The translations under genes were made by a program, and so were the position numbers. From Eledone cirrhosa (Eukaryota), in contig OZ024741.1 in assembly GCA_964016885.1 (NCBI GenBank), forward strand, positions 271,746,001 through 271,810,000: 64,000 nt of DNA, written 5' to 3'. Of the stretch, positions 50,566 through 63,778 are shown in pieces. Position 1 is the first letter of the stretch; each line of letters starts with the position of its first letter. The notes below the pieces were generated by a model. The model ran no database searches. It saw only the letters and a list, made by a program, of their open reading frames with translations, and had not been told where the DNA came from.

Positions 50566-51442
50566 TAATATGTGTGAATGTGTGTGTAAATGTAAATATG
50601 TATGTGCGCATCCATGTCTGTATTTACATTTACTTGTTTGATGTCAAGTTAACTAAATGGTTCAATAAAAACAAAAAATAAAAAAGAGATTAATAAAATA
50701 TCTACCAGACATGAAAGAAAATTATGTACTGGGGGAAGAATATGAGTAACAAGGCAGTTCCCTAACATGGCAGCAGTCTAATGCTTGAAACTAGTAAAAA
50801 AAAAAAAAAAAAAATGAAAGAACATGCAGGTTTTGTTAAAGCACTCACTTGTGCCAAAAATTAGAAATTTCTTTATTTCAACATTTTTCCATTTATGGAA
50901 AGAAAAAAAAACTAAAAGAACAGTTAAAAAATCAAAAAAAAATCCATGACTTCAAATAGAATTTTTCATGTCTGTTCAGATTTTATATAATTTTAAATAA
51001 TTCAATTAAAAAAAAAATCCTTTTTTTTAATCAAATTCTTCAACTCTAAAAATAAACCAGTAGACAAGTGATTATTTTAATCATGCCTACCGAAAGAAAA
51101 CCTAAAACATATTCACAAGTATACATATATTGTGTTTGTGTGGATGTATGTATATATATATATATGTATATATACATATGTATGCATATATATATGTATA
51201 TGTATATATATAAATATATATATACATATAAGTATAAATATATGTATGTGTGTATATATATACATATGTATATATATATGTGTATATATATGTATATATA
51301 TATATGTGTGTATATATATAAGTATATATATATGTACATATATGTGTGTATATATATATATGTATATAAATATGTGTGCATGTATATGTTTCTACATATA
51401 TATGTATATATGTGTGTATGTATATATATGTATATACATATG

Positions 51443-51473
<31 letters not shown>

Positions 51474-51506
51474 GCACATGTTTATGCGATTATATGTATG
51501 TGCATG

Positions 51507-51538
<32 letters not shown>

Positions 51539-51776
51539 ATATATACATACGAGGAGAGAAAGAAAAGAGAGTGAGAGACAAAAAAAAGAAAAAAAAACAA
51601 GTTTGCAATACAAAACAAAAACAAGAACAAAATTATACTGGGGAAAAAGGGGCAAAAGGAACTATCTTTTTCAAAATCATTGAAGAACTTAAACAAGAAA
51701 TATATTGAGGTGTAATGTTATATAGTCATGTATATATATTTGTATTATTTACTTAATTGTGTATTACATATTACAC

Positions 51777-51814
<38 letters not shown>

Positions 51815-53968
51815 TATGTATGTAGATCCCAAGTGTAATCGGAGAGGTAACCACAATTAAAAAAGGTTACTCAATACATTAGTAGAGTGTAAACTTCATT
51901 ATCTAATATATAGATTCCTGATGATTTAATAGGAATGAAACGGTTCTAGTTGTGTAGAAACCATTTCTAGATTAAATGATATACATAGATACAGATATAT
52001 ATATGTATACATATAAATATGTGTGTGTGTGTGTGTATACATATACATACAGGGTATGTATATTGTATATGTGTGTGTGTGTTAATCATGTACTTATTAT
52101 TATTATTATTATTTATCATCATCATCATAAAGAAATAATTATTATTAATGTTTTAAAGTAGAGCACAAGGTCTTTGAAATATATTTGAACTCTAGCTTTT
52201 CTGCCAATCCACTGCCCTAAATAATGGTTTCTGATCTAGGCACAAGGCCAGCAATTGGGGGGGGGGGGGGGGTCGATTAAATCAACCCCAGTGTATTACT
52301 GATACTTTATTTTATCGACCTTGTAAGGATGAAAGGCAAAGCTAACTTCAGCTGGATTTGAACTCAGAATTTAAAGGGCCGTGACTATATACCACAAAGC
52401 TTGTTGTTTGACACTCTACCGATACTGCCAATCCAACCTTGTAATAATAATGATAATAATAATTGTTTCTACTTTAGGCACAAGGCCAGCAATTACCCAG
52501 TGCATTACTGGTACTTTATTTTATCGACCCCGTAAGGATGAAAGGCAAAGTCAACCTCGGCGGGATTTGAACTCAGATCGTAAAGGGACGTAACTATGCT
52601 GGAAAGCATGGCGTCCGACTCTCTACCGATACTGCCAATCCAATTACTAATATAATTGGTAATCTGAAAATAGGGAAATTGAAAAAACTAGACCTATTAC
52701 AACAACAACAAAAAACATTCTTGTATTTCTAATAAAATGTACTGTCTGTGTGTCTTAATTTTGAACAATAACAGAACTTAAGATAACTTTCTTCATTTTA
52801 AATAAATGTTTGGAACATTATTTAACAAAAATGTTTTAAATATAATTATGATGGACATTTTTAAATGGACAGTTTTGTATCAAAACCAAGGGTAAAAAAA
52901 AATAAAATGAAATGAAATTTTCCACTCATACCTATATGCAGGTTTAGCTGGCCTCATACAAGGTTACATTCCATAGGAGGTTTCTCAGGTGTTTTAATGA
53001 TAGTTGGAACTGTCCTATCATGAAAAGCATTGACAAATTAAGTGTCTTGCTTAAGAACACAATATTCTGCCTCTATTTGAGAAATCAAATCCATAACCTC
53101 ATGATTATGAGTCCAACACTTTAACCACTAGGCTACATGTGGGTTAGTATCAAAAACGGGGTTAAATAAATAAACAAATTTAATTAACGTCAATATTTTT
53201 GCTTTGTTTTGTTGTTTTTCAATCATTTCTTTCCTTCTTCAATCATTTTGAAAATAAAAAAAAAAATAAAAAAATTAAAATTATTAAATTGAAAAGGAGA
53301 AAAAAAAAAAATCAAAATATATTAAGAACAAAATTATAATTCTTTTATAAACATTTAACTTCAAAAGAAAAAAAATAAATGAAAAAAAATTAATGAAAAT
53401 TTTCAAATGTTTCATTTTTTTTCCCTTGCAAAGTCCAAGTCTTATTTTTTTTTTATAATTTGATTTTTTCCTTTTTTTTTTAAGCCAATGAAATGAAAAA
53501 TAGTTTCATATGGTTGTTTTTTTTTAAATTTTAATATTTTTGTGTTGTTTTAGTTAGTATAGCTGTTTTGTTTGTTTGTTTGTTTGTTTGTTTTTCTTCT
53601 TTATGTCACTGTACTACACACCACACCACACTGCAGCACAACACCATAACACCACCACCAATAACCACATCATACCAAACCAAACAAGCATGTCTGTCTC
53701 TCCTCAAATTAAGATGATACAGAGAAAGAAAGAAAGACAAAAAAAGGAAGTAATAGAGAGACAAAGAAAGAGTGAGAGAGAAAGAGACAACTGAATGATT
53801 GGAAAGAGTGGGGAAGGTGGAGGTACAGTAGCAGTGAGGTTGAGATGAACTTGGGGTCATTGTTGTTGTTGTTTTGGTATTTATATTTTATATTTTTCAA
53901 AGTAGGAGCTGATTGATAGTCCTGGCAAGAGAGATACATGGTAGAGAATGAAACACACTTCACACAGT

Positions 53969-54034
53969 CTATTGTGACTGGTAACATGCCAGGACTTCAT
54001 CAACTGCTCCAGGGCCCCAGTGCATCAGTTGGTC
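53969..54034 (-). CDS. C6orf62: C6orf62-like uncharacterised protein, last coding exon
   Basis: ctcttcag|DQLMHWGPGAVDEVLACYQSQ*; aligns with the recalled vertebrate C-terminus EQLTHWAVGTIEDHL; phase 0. Confidence 0.88.
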   Translation of the reverse strand, partial: DQLMHWGPGAVDEVLACYQSQ

Positions 54035-54871
54035 CTGAAGAGAAACAGACATTGCCAGATTATATAACAACATTTTGTTAAACTAACGACATACTTTTGT
54101 TAGCACATTTCTAATGAAAGACACTGCCTATGATTCTCAAATAGAAAAAAAATAATCAAGAATTTGGAGGGATATATCAATATAACTTTCTCATTATTAA
54201 GCTGGTGTTTGGAACCTAATTTAATAGATTCTTACATAATATTATGATGGAAGGTTCTTAGATAAATATAAACACTTTAAAGCAAGCTTTGTATTGTTTA
54301 ATACAAGCTTTGTATTGTAGAATCAGAGGCAGTTCAAGCGCTTTAACAAGTAGGTTTAAACAACAGAGGTGTTTCCAACCTTTTTCGGTTTTTTAAGCTG
54401 TGATGACTTTTCAGATATATATAACATAACCATTTTGATATCAAACTGCTCCATTCCATGTAGTTTCCAATAACTCACAACATTACTTTTGTGCCCCCAT
54501 GCTTGTACTGATGGGACTTTTTTAACGCAGTGAGTCCCTAGTTACAACAATTCTGTATCATCATCTTTGTCATGCACAATCACCATTGTTTAATGTCCGC
54601 CTTCCTTGCCAGCAAGGCTTGGACAGGTCTACATAGACCAAGACAGTACTGAAGCAGGGCTACTGACCTCCCAGACAAGCCAAGGGAGTCAGCATCTCAC
54701 TTATGTATGATCATACGGTCTAACGAGTGAAGAAAAGTTGTCTTTTGACATAAACTGAATTGTCCTCTCAACTCCTTGTTTGGCAAGCTTTCTACGACAG
54801 GATGCCTTTCCTAAAACCAACCACTTTACAGCATGTACCAGATGCTTTTATCGTGCAGATCACCAGCACTA

Positions 54872-54905
<34 letters not shown>

Positions 54906-55289
54906 CTAATAATAATAAAAAGGACAAAGTGTTAAACTATATATATATGTCTATCATCATCATCATCATTTTACGTCCCCTTTTCCCTGCTTGCAAGGGT
55001 GGGACGGGAACTGATTCTGGCTTGATTTCTACAGCTGGATGCCCTTCCTAACACCAACCTCATTTACAGTGAGTGCTGGGTGCTTCTTTGCCGTGGCACC
55101 TCCACGACCACTTTGCAGTGGAATGATAGGGAACCCAGTCCCTATCATCTCATTTCTACAGCTGAGTAAACTGGAGCAATGTGAAATAAAGTGTCTTGCT
55201 CAAGGAAACAACACATCACCCCGTCTGAGAATTGAACTCACAACCTTTCGATTGCAAGGCCAATGCTCTAACCACTAAGCCATGTGCCT

Positions 55290-55320
<31 letters not shown>

Positions 55321-55413
55321 CGTCTATACATATGTGTATATATATATATGTCTATACATATGTGTATATATATATATGTCTATACATATGTGTATATATA
55401 TATATGTCTATAC

Positions 55414-55456
<43 letters not shown>

Positions 55457-55565
55457 TATACATATGTGTATATATATATGTATATATATATATATATGTG
55501 TGTATACATATATATGTGTGTGTGTGTGTGTGCGTGTGTGTGTATATATATATGATATATATATA

Positions 55566-55597
<32 letters not shown>

Positions 55598-55735
55598 CAT
55601 GGGTATAAATGTCATTTGTATTGTACAGAATAATACATTAATAAAGTATAGGGCTTACGAAAAAGAATCATCTAATTTCAAAAAGCTATATTTTCTTTTC
55701 ATATGACTTTTTGAAATCGGATGATACTTTTTGAT

Positions 55736-56048
55736 ACACACCATTTTATGCTTGTATAATTGTCAGTAGTAATAAAACACTTTTATCCTTTGGATAAGAA
55801 ATAACATTGTTTATAATTGGAATCTAGTGCTATTATCTTTGATTAAGGTATGAAGTTAGTTATTAAAACGGTAGTCAAATTGGTACTTCTAATTTAACTA
55901 CACTTTTAATAAATAACTTTATATCTTGATAAGTCTCATCAAAGACAATAACACTAAATTCCACTTATAAACAATGTTATATTTTCTTATCCAAGGGATA
56001 AACAGTGTTTTATTACTACTGACAATTATACAAGCATAAAATGGTGTG
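55736..56048. repeat. Imperfect inverted repeat (about 110-bp arms) in a C6orf62-like intron
   Basis: CACACCATTTTATGCTTGTATAATTGTCAGTAGTAATAAAACAC... mirrored by ...GTGTTTTATTACTACTGACAATTATACAAGCATAAAATGGTGTG. Confidence 0.85.
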
Positions 56049-56079
56049 TGTGTATGTGTGTATACATATAAACATGTGT

Positions 56080-59000
56080 ATCATCATCATCACCGTTTTA
56101 CGTCCGTTCTTCCACGCTAGCATGGGTTAGACAGGTTGTCCTGTTGTGGGCAGTGTCTGGTCGGCTGACCATGCCTTGCTCATACAGGAACTGATTTGGC
56201 TTGATTTCTACAGCTGGATGCCCTTCCTAACACCAACCTCATTTACAGTGAGTGCTGGGTGCTTTTTCGTGGCACCTACACGTCCACTTTACAGTGTGGG
56301 CTGGGTGCTTTTTTGCCGTGGCACCTCCACGACCACCTTGCGGTGGGGGGTGTGGGGGCATATTGTCTATATGCTTCAGCTTGTACCCATGGGAGGTCGG
56401 GTACTCTGTATTACTGCGGGACGCCAGAAGTCACGGTCGTGTGTCATTGTCTTTGAAAGGTGTAATTGGGTAAGGTCGGCTTTTATCACCTCATCCCAGG
56501 TCTTCTTGGGTCTCCCCACTCTGCGGTTTCCATCAACTTCTAGTGCTCTGCACCTTTTTATGCAGCTGTCCTCCTTCATACGCATCACATGTCCATACCA
56601 GCGCAATCGCCTCTCCTGCACACAGCATTTGATTCCTCTTATGCTCAGTCTCTCTCTCAATTCATTTATGCTTTGTCGTTCACGTATATTACTATTACAC
56701 ATCCATCAGAGCATGCAGGCTTCGTTTCTCTCTAATCTCCGTAAGTCTTCCACCTTCAGCGCCTAGGTCTCACTACCATGCAACATCGCTGTTCAGATAC
56801 ACGCATCATACAGTCTGCCTTTCATTCTGAGGGAGAAGCCTTTTGCAGCTAGCAGTGGTAGTAGTTCCCTAAACTTCTTCCATCCCGTTCTTACCCTAGT
56901 TATTGTACTTTCTGAACACCCACCTCCACTGCTAATTCGGTCACCTAGGTAGCAGAAGCTGTCTACTGTTTCTACAGGGCCCTCCCAGAGATTGGTGGTA
57001 CTTGTTTCCTGTGGCTGTTTGCTGCTTGCTGTCGCAGCACAGCTGCTGCATGTGAATCCTACATTCTTAATTAAGCTTCCTGAGATCCCGCTACATCTCT
57101 TGTGTACCCATTGTTTGCATTTGGGGCAGAGAATGGAGTTCCTACCTACACCTTTCCTACATACTGAGCAAGGCCATTTCCCTGAGGGGATCTGGGTTCT
57201 GTTTTCTCGTCTACTTACAAGGACCTTAGTCTTTGTCATGTTGACTTTGAGACCCTTTCTTTCTAGTCCCTGCTTCCAAGTTTGGAATTTATTCTCTAGT
57301 TCTACCATAGATTCAGTAGAGTGGCTTACTTTTAGCTAGGTACTTTTCCTGTAATTGCCTCACAAGGAAGAGGGCATCAGTGGTGCCTCTTCCTGGTACA
57401 AACCCAAATTGCATCTCGTCTATTTTCACCCGGTCCCTAATCAGCTGTGCTATAACTCTTTCTGTTACTTTCATGACCTGGTCCATCAACTTTATACCTC
57501 TATAGTTTCCTCTATCTAGTGCATCGCCTTTACTTTTGTAGCAGTTGACAATGATGCTACTGCACCAATCTTTTGGTATGGCACCTTCTAGTATTACCTG
57601 GTTAACGATACGTGTGGTTATAGTGTGACCTACAGACCCAGATGCCTTCAGCATCTCGGCAGCTATACCCGATGGACCGGTTGCCTTCCCCATCTTCATA
57701 TCTTTGATTGCGTACTTACTACGCTGCTGCTGACTTGTACTGCTGGTCCCTCTATAGGGTCTACTTGGGGTAGGGTCTCTTCTTCCCATGCATTCTCCCC
57801 ATTTAGTAATCTATCATAATGACTCTTCCATGCATCTTTCTTCTCAGCACTTGTGAGGGCAAGCTCACCTTTATCATTCCGGATACACTTCTCTCCAATG
57901 ACATCACAACTATCTCTGACACACTGCCTCGCAATCTTGAATACCTCCTGTTTCTGGTCCTCACGTTGCAAAACATGCTTGAATTTTCTATCCTCTGCTT
58001 CCCTCCTAGCTAAGTATACTTGTCGCCTAGCTTCCCTCTTGGTCTCTATGTAATGTACCCTGCTCCCCCCGTTCTTCCATTCTTTCCATGCCTGTCTCTT
58101 GGCCTTAACTGCTTCATCTACCTTATTGTTCCACCACCAAGTCACTCTCCTCCTGCTTGAGGTCTTACTCCAGCCACAGACCTCATCCATCGTCTCTAGT
58201 AAATTATTTTTTAGGAATTCCCAGTTCTCTTCTACATTAAATGTCTCTATCTGTTCTTCTTTACTGTCGTAGGCTTTGAGTAAAATATCTTTAAATCTGT
58301 TACTGGTTGAGGGGACTTTCAGCTTCCAGATCTTTCTTCTCCAGGTTGGCCTCTGTTTCCAGGTTCGTCTAGTTCTGACTGTGAGGTCGCTGACAACTAA
58401 GCTATGTTGGGATGTACATTCCTCACTAGGGAAGGCTTTTGTGTTTACGACCGTCCATCTGTCACGTCCTCTGGTGAGGATAAAATCTAACTGACTAGAG
58501 TGCTCCCCTGATCTATAGGTGATCAGGTGGTTGTCGGGTTTTTTAAAGTTTGTGTTACATATCGACATGTCATTGGCGTCGCAGAATTCTAGAAGTCTGA
58601 ATCCTTCCTCATTCCTTGTGCCAACCCCATGGCCTCCATGTACTCTATTGAAGCCGTCGCAGTGTTTACCTACGTGTCCGTTAAAATCTCCTGCGATGAT
58701 TAGGAAGTCATTGTCGTCTGTTAGAGCAGTAGTGTGCATTAGGGATTCGTAAAACCTATCCTTAAGTTCGTCTGACAGCCCCGATTGGGGTGCGTAAGCT
58801 GATATTATTGTGGTAATTGTTTTATTCAGGACTAGTCTGAGTTTAATGATTCTTGCATTTACCCTGTACACTGAGATCACTTTATCTACCCACTTGTCAG
58901 CTAGTAGTATACCTACACCACCCATCCCATCGTCATTTCCCACCCACAGAAAAATTTGTAGCACCGACTTTTTCCTACGAGGACTCTGGCAGACTCTCCT

Positions 59001-59170
59001 CTCCATCTAGTCTCTTGCACACAGCATACATCAATTTCCTTTCGCTCTAGCATTTCTACGATTTCTCCTGCTCTTCCTTTCATTGAGCCTACATTGATGG
59101 TACCAACTCGGAGTTTTAGGCATTTGTCGACACTCGTAGGGAAGGGTCTCTGGGTTGGCGCTTCACGTGG
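56080..59170 (-). mobile_element. Near-full-length RTE LINE (APE + RT + PHD-type finger), inactivated by frameshifts, stops and an internal RT deletion
   Basis: GTINVGSM, CCVQETRWRG, SAYAPQ, GDFNGH, SQLDFIL, SQHSLV, MQFGFVPGRGTTDA. Jumps from KPLY to ESMVEL at about 57315. WPCSVC..CPKC..WVHKRC..CSSC finger and (ATG)n tail. Confidence 0.95.
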
Positions 59171-59203
59171 GTATGTATGTATATATATGTATATACATAT
59201 TAC

Positions 59204-59855
59204 TTTATATCTGGAGATCTCTCTGCACTTGTCGTCACATGGTACCATGGGCCCAGCACTATGTGTCAATAATTGTCACAAGTGTAGTGTTTGTACCAGA
59301 GTTTTCAAGTCGCTGGCTGGACTAAAAAGTCACTTGTTCAGCGCATCAGTAGGGGTTCTCCTACATGGATAAAAAGTAGTGGCCGTACTCGAAAACAAGT
59401 TGGCAGCCACCATATATATGTATAGAGATCGGGAGAGATGACCCCTTAGCCTTTGTCAAGGCAGAATTCTAGGAGAAGGAAAACTCTGATATAGCACCTG
59501 CAACCCTGATGGTATCCAATGATGTTGACTTGTTGTTCTTTTTGGTAAATATCATCTTGCTTAAGAGAGTGGGACTGGCTTTGTGCAGTGCCTTTGCTCA
59601 CTATAAAAGCTTCACGGCACAGGCATTGCCTTATATCTGGAGATCTCTCTGCCCTTGTCATCACATGGTACCATGGGCCCAGCACTATGTGTCAATAATT
59701 GTCACAAGTGTAGTGTTTGTACCAGAGTTTTCAAGTCGCCGGCTGGACTAAAACGTTACACTTGTTCAGCGCATCGGTAGGGGTTCTCCTACATGGATAT
59801 AAAGTAGTGGCCGTACTCGAAAACGAGTTGACAGCCACCATATGTATAGAGATAG
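59204..59855 (+). repeat. About 225-bp direct duplication (59204-59430 / 59631-59855) encoding a C2H2-like finger; probable 3' end of another LINE
   Basis: Near-identical copies; HKCSVCTRVFKSLAGLKSHL. Confidence 0.6.
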
Positions 59856-60197
59856 AGGGGGGGGGGGGTACACTATACCTGTGTTTCGTAAGTAACTAAA
59901 GGGCTGGTATCAGAATGGGCATATGGGCATAAAATACTGCTTCAAAATGTGCCATCCAGCTCATGACACATCTGCATATATCTATGTGTAAAAAGAGGTT
60001 TACACAGCAAACTATATTTATCTTCCTTTCCTTTAACCAGAAGAAGGAAGATGAAGGGGAGAGGAATGTTAAAGCAGATCCACTGAAGAACATGTCTACT
60101 ACTAATACCATCCACCCCCATTACTACTACTGGTACTGAAAGAGGGGAAGGAGCAGGGATTAACCATCAACAACACAAAAGTGGAGAAGTCACTTAC

Positions 60198-60257
60198 TTG
60201 TGGTATGTAGAGACAGAGGCTACACAGTTTGAAAATTACTACTTGGGTGTTGCTGGT
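60198..60257 (-). CDS. C6orf62: C6orf62-like gene, penultimate exon
   Basis: atttcag|TSNTQVVIFKLCSLCLYIPQ|gtaagt; 60 nt, phase 0/0; matches the recalled IFKLCSICLYLPQ motif. Confidence 0.92.
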
Positions 60258-60387
60258 CTGAAATAATAATAATGACAATTCATTGTAAAATGTGTATTAT
60301 CGAATGTTGCCTCAATTGTCAGGTTGACACTTGGCATAATTTGAAAAAGAAACAGAATACATAATAATTCAAATAATAATAATAATA

Positions 60388-61090
60388 ATGTTTCTACTTT
60401 TGGCACAAAGCCAGCAATTACCCCCAGTGCATTACTGGTGCTTTATTTTATCGACCCTGTAAGGATGAAAGGCAAATTTGAACTCAGAATGTAAAGGGCA
60501 ATAACTCCTATGCTGCAAAGCATGGTGTCTGACGCTCTACCGATACTAATAATAATTGTTTCTACTTTAGGCACAAGGCCAGCAATTACTCAGTACATTA
60601 CTGGTACTTTATTTTATCGACCCCGTAAGAATGAAAGGCAAAGTTAACCTCGGTGGGATTTGAACTCAAACTGTAAAGGGACGTAACTATGCTAGAAAGT
60701 AGGGCGTCCAACCCTCTACCGATACTGCCAATTCACTGCCCTAATAATAATAATAATGGTTTCTGATTTAGGCACAAGGCCAACAATTTGGGGAAGGGGA
60801 AAGTCGATTAAATAGACCTCAGTGCATTACTGGTACTTTATTTTATCGACCCCGTAAGGATGAAAGGCAAAGCTAACCATGGCGTGATTTGAACTCAGAA
60901 CGTAAAGGATGAAAGATAATAATTTTCTACTTTTGGCACAAGGCCAGCAATTATCCCAGTGTGTTACTGGTACTTTATTTTATCGACCCCGTAAGGATGA
61001 AAGGCAAAGTTAACCTCGGCAGGATTTGAAGCAAGAACGTAAAGGGCCGTAACTCTTTGCTGCAAAGCATGGCGTCTGACCCTCTACCGA
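60388..61090 (-). mobile_element. Head-to-tail cluster of about 4 SINE A copies
   Basis: Repeated SINE A bodies separated by (AAT)n tails. Confidence 0.88.
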
Positions 61091-63150
61091 AGATAATAAT
61101 AATAATGTAATATAGTTAATATGAAGCATTGTGAGGTATGTAATAATTGATTAGTAAGGACTTCAAAAAGCTGGTAGAATGTGGTAAAAATATATAAAGA
61201 GCAAAGGATGACAAATGAAACAAAAAGTATTGGGTTTTTTTACCCAGTATATTTAAACATAGTTCAGGGTTAGTACCCTCTTTTCATATGCAAAACAAAT
61301 CAAAACAAAAACGAACAATGCATTGTTCCTTAACTGGTTCATTTTACCATCAACCTTTTTTTGTCATATATTTCTTGGCTTACATAGGAATATATGCAGT
61401 AATATCTAACATAAACCAAGGTCAGAAATTTGGGGCATACAGTGTTTCTAGGACGTTTTAAAAATTGGTGGAGTTCATCTCTCCAGGTCTAAATACAGCA
61501 GATTTCTTCCAGAGAATGATAGAGAGTAAGAGAATGGAAGTGAGAAAGACAGAGGAAGACCCCAGTAATAGACTGGTACTTTTTTTATCAACCTTGAATA
61601 GATGAAAGGCAAAGTTGAACTCAGCAGGATTTGAACAGCAGAGAGCCAAAACATATACTTCAAAGCATTCTATCTGATGTTCTAATGACTCTGAATCTAG
61701 GTGGGTGGACTGGTGAAATCATAATCAATAGAGCACCAGACAGAATGCCTTGTGGCATTTGTTCCAGCTCTTTCTCTAATGACTTCAAATATGTCACTGG
61801 TTCTTGGATGCCTAAAGTGGACTCTACTTTATTGCATTTGGGTCAGGTCCCTTGTTTAAAAACCAACACACTCCCTACTATTGTCAGGAGTTCTGAAAAG
61901 GAGGCATGGTCAGTGCCCTTCTTCTTGGCTTAAGTTATAGTAAAAAAATCTTTGCCCATTTGTTGTTGGGAGCAAAGTCCTCTAGCATGCCTTCCAGCGG
62001 GTCCTGTCAGAAACAACCGTCTCCAATTGATCCAGCTAGATCCCTAAGACCAGCCAAGCTCATGGATGTTATCCAACCATCTGGCTCAGAGTTTACTTTT
62101 GAGTCTCTTGCCTGTAAAATCTGTCCAGCCATTTTTCCTTAGACATTCTAATGTCTGGAGCAACTCTCTGATCTCCAAGGTTTCCTCTATTGAGTAACGT
62201 TATTCCATAGACAACCCCATTCTGGCCGCTTGTATTTGCAATCATATTCTTTCAGTCCGAAAGATTAATAAAAAAAATTAAAAAATTAAATAGAAAATAA
62301 ATAGAATCCTGAAATAATACAGCCAAATCACAGATAAGACAGGGGTGTAGAGTTTGCCCTCTACCTCCCACTTTTCCTTTCTTTCAATGCTTAACCCTTT
62401 TGTTACCAGGCAGCTAAAACCAGCCCTGGATCTATAAAATAAAACCACCCATTTTAAAGGTTTCCAATTTAAATTAAAATCTTCCAGCATAATTTTATAC
62501 AAGAACCTTACTTTAAGTTACTATCTTAGTAATGATGCAATTAATAATTTAAGTAAATCCCACAAAATTTTTCATTAATTAATTTAAATTGTATTTTATT
62601 AGAAAGGGTTAATACTACGTTTTCCTCTTCTTTCTCTTCCTAATCATTTTTTATGCTTCATTTAAATATCATTATTATTATTACATATAATATTAACTTT
62701 GCCTTTCATCCTTTCGGGGTCGATAAAATAAAGTACCAGTAATACACTGGATAATTGCTGGCCTTGTGCCAAATGTAGAAACAATTATTACATTTAAATA
62801 TCATTATTATTATTACATATAAAAATGAGAAAACTCATTAACTGTTAAAACAGCTAAATGCTGTCAAAGACATCGATGAGCAAAAATGCCCCAGAGGACA
62901 GAGACCAACGGTCAACAGAGAGACAATCCACACAGTGGGCGACAGGCAGATGAAATACTAAAAAGATTGAAAGAGGAGGAGGACAAGAAGTGTGCTGGCA
63001 CACAGAAGTGACTGGAAGAAGGAAATAAAGAAAGACAATGTCCAAGACAATTTTACACACACACATCTTCACTCTCATCAGCTCTCAAACCTGCAAAATG
63101 GTTTCACACAATTATTTGATTGTAAATATTACTGACTAAATTATACCTAC

Positions 63151-63288
63151 TTGAATAACATGTTTATCCACAAACAGGAACATTGACTGTTCGGCATTGC
63201 TGATGATCAATGCTGACTTCTGGTTGCGAATTGCCACTAGATGGAGCAACTGTTTCTCATATTCATGATGTGAAAATTCAAAGACAGT
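63151..63288 (-). CDS. C6orf62: C6orf62-like gene, third-last exon (earlier exons lie beyond the window)
   Basis: ttttcag|TVFEFSHHEYEKQLLHLVAIRNQKSALIISNAEQSMFLFVDKHVIQ|gtaggt; 138 nt, phase 0/0; matches the recalled FEFHHGDYEKQFLH...QSVFLFID. Confidence 0.92.
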
Positions 63289-63735
63289 CTGAAAATTTCA
63301 AATTGGATACTTTGGTTATAATTTTTTTAAATTTAGATTTGAAATGTGTCCATCCCAACGCAAATGACCATAATAATAGTTGATCATACACACACACATA
63401 TATATATATAAATAAACGTAAGTATGTATGTATACGTACATACATATATGTATACAGACGTACAGTAGCATGTATATATATATATATATATATATACATA
63501 CATCTGTATACATATATGTATGTACGTATACATACATACTTACATTTAAGTAAGTGCCATACTAAGAGTGAGAAATTAAATTAAATTTCATTTCATTCTA
63601 TTCCATTCCATTTTATCGTTTTCGGTGTGCCTGGCCGACTGAACTCACTCGATATGCAAATTAGGCTGCTCAGCCGTTAATTTTCATAAGGAAAGTATAT
63701 ACTTTCGAACGTTCAACCATCTGGCAGAAGGGTAT

Positions 63736-63778
63736 ACGGTGCTGACGATAGCTAACAAGCTTGAAACTAGTACATCGT
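63736..63778 (+). ncRNA. Minimal type I hammerhead ribozyme motif within an about 270-bp non-coding element (63630-63895)
   Basis: ACGGUG-CUGACGA-U-AGCU-AACA-AGCU-U-GAAA-CUAG-UA-CAUCGU: 6-bp stem I, 4-bp stem II, palindromic stem III, GUA triplet (cut after 63772). Confidence 0.82.

Noticed and set aside
59440-59640. Possible HDV-like ribozyme in an RTE-type 5' region (CTAGGAGAAGGAAAACTCTGA)
   Set aside because: The nested double pseudoknot could not be assembled by eye; a descriptor or covariance search would be needed.
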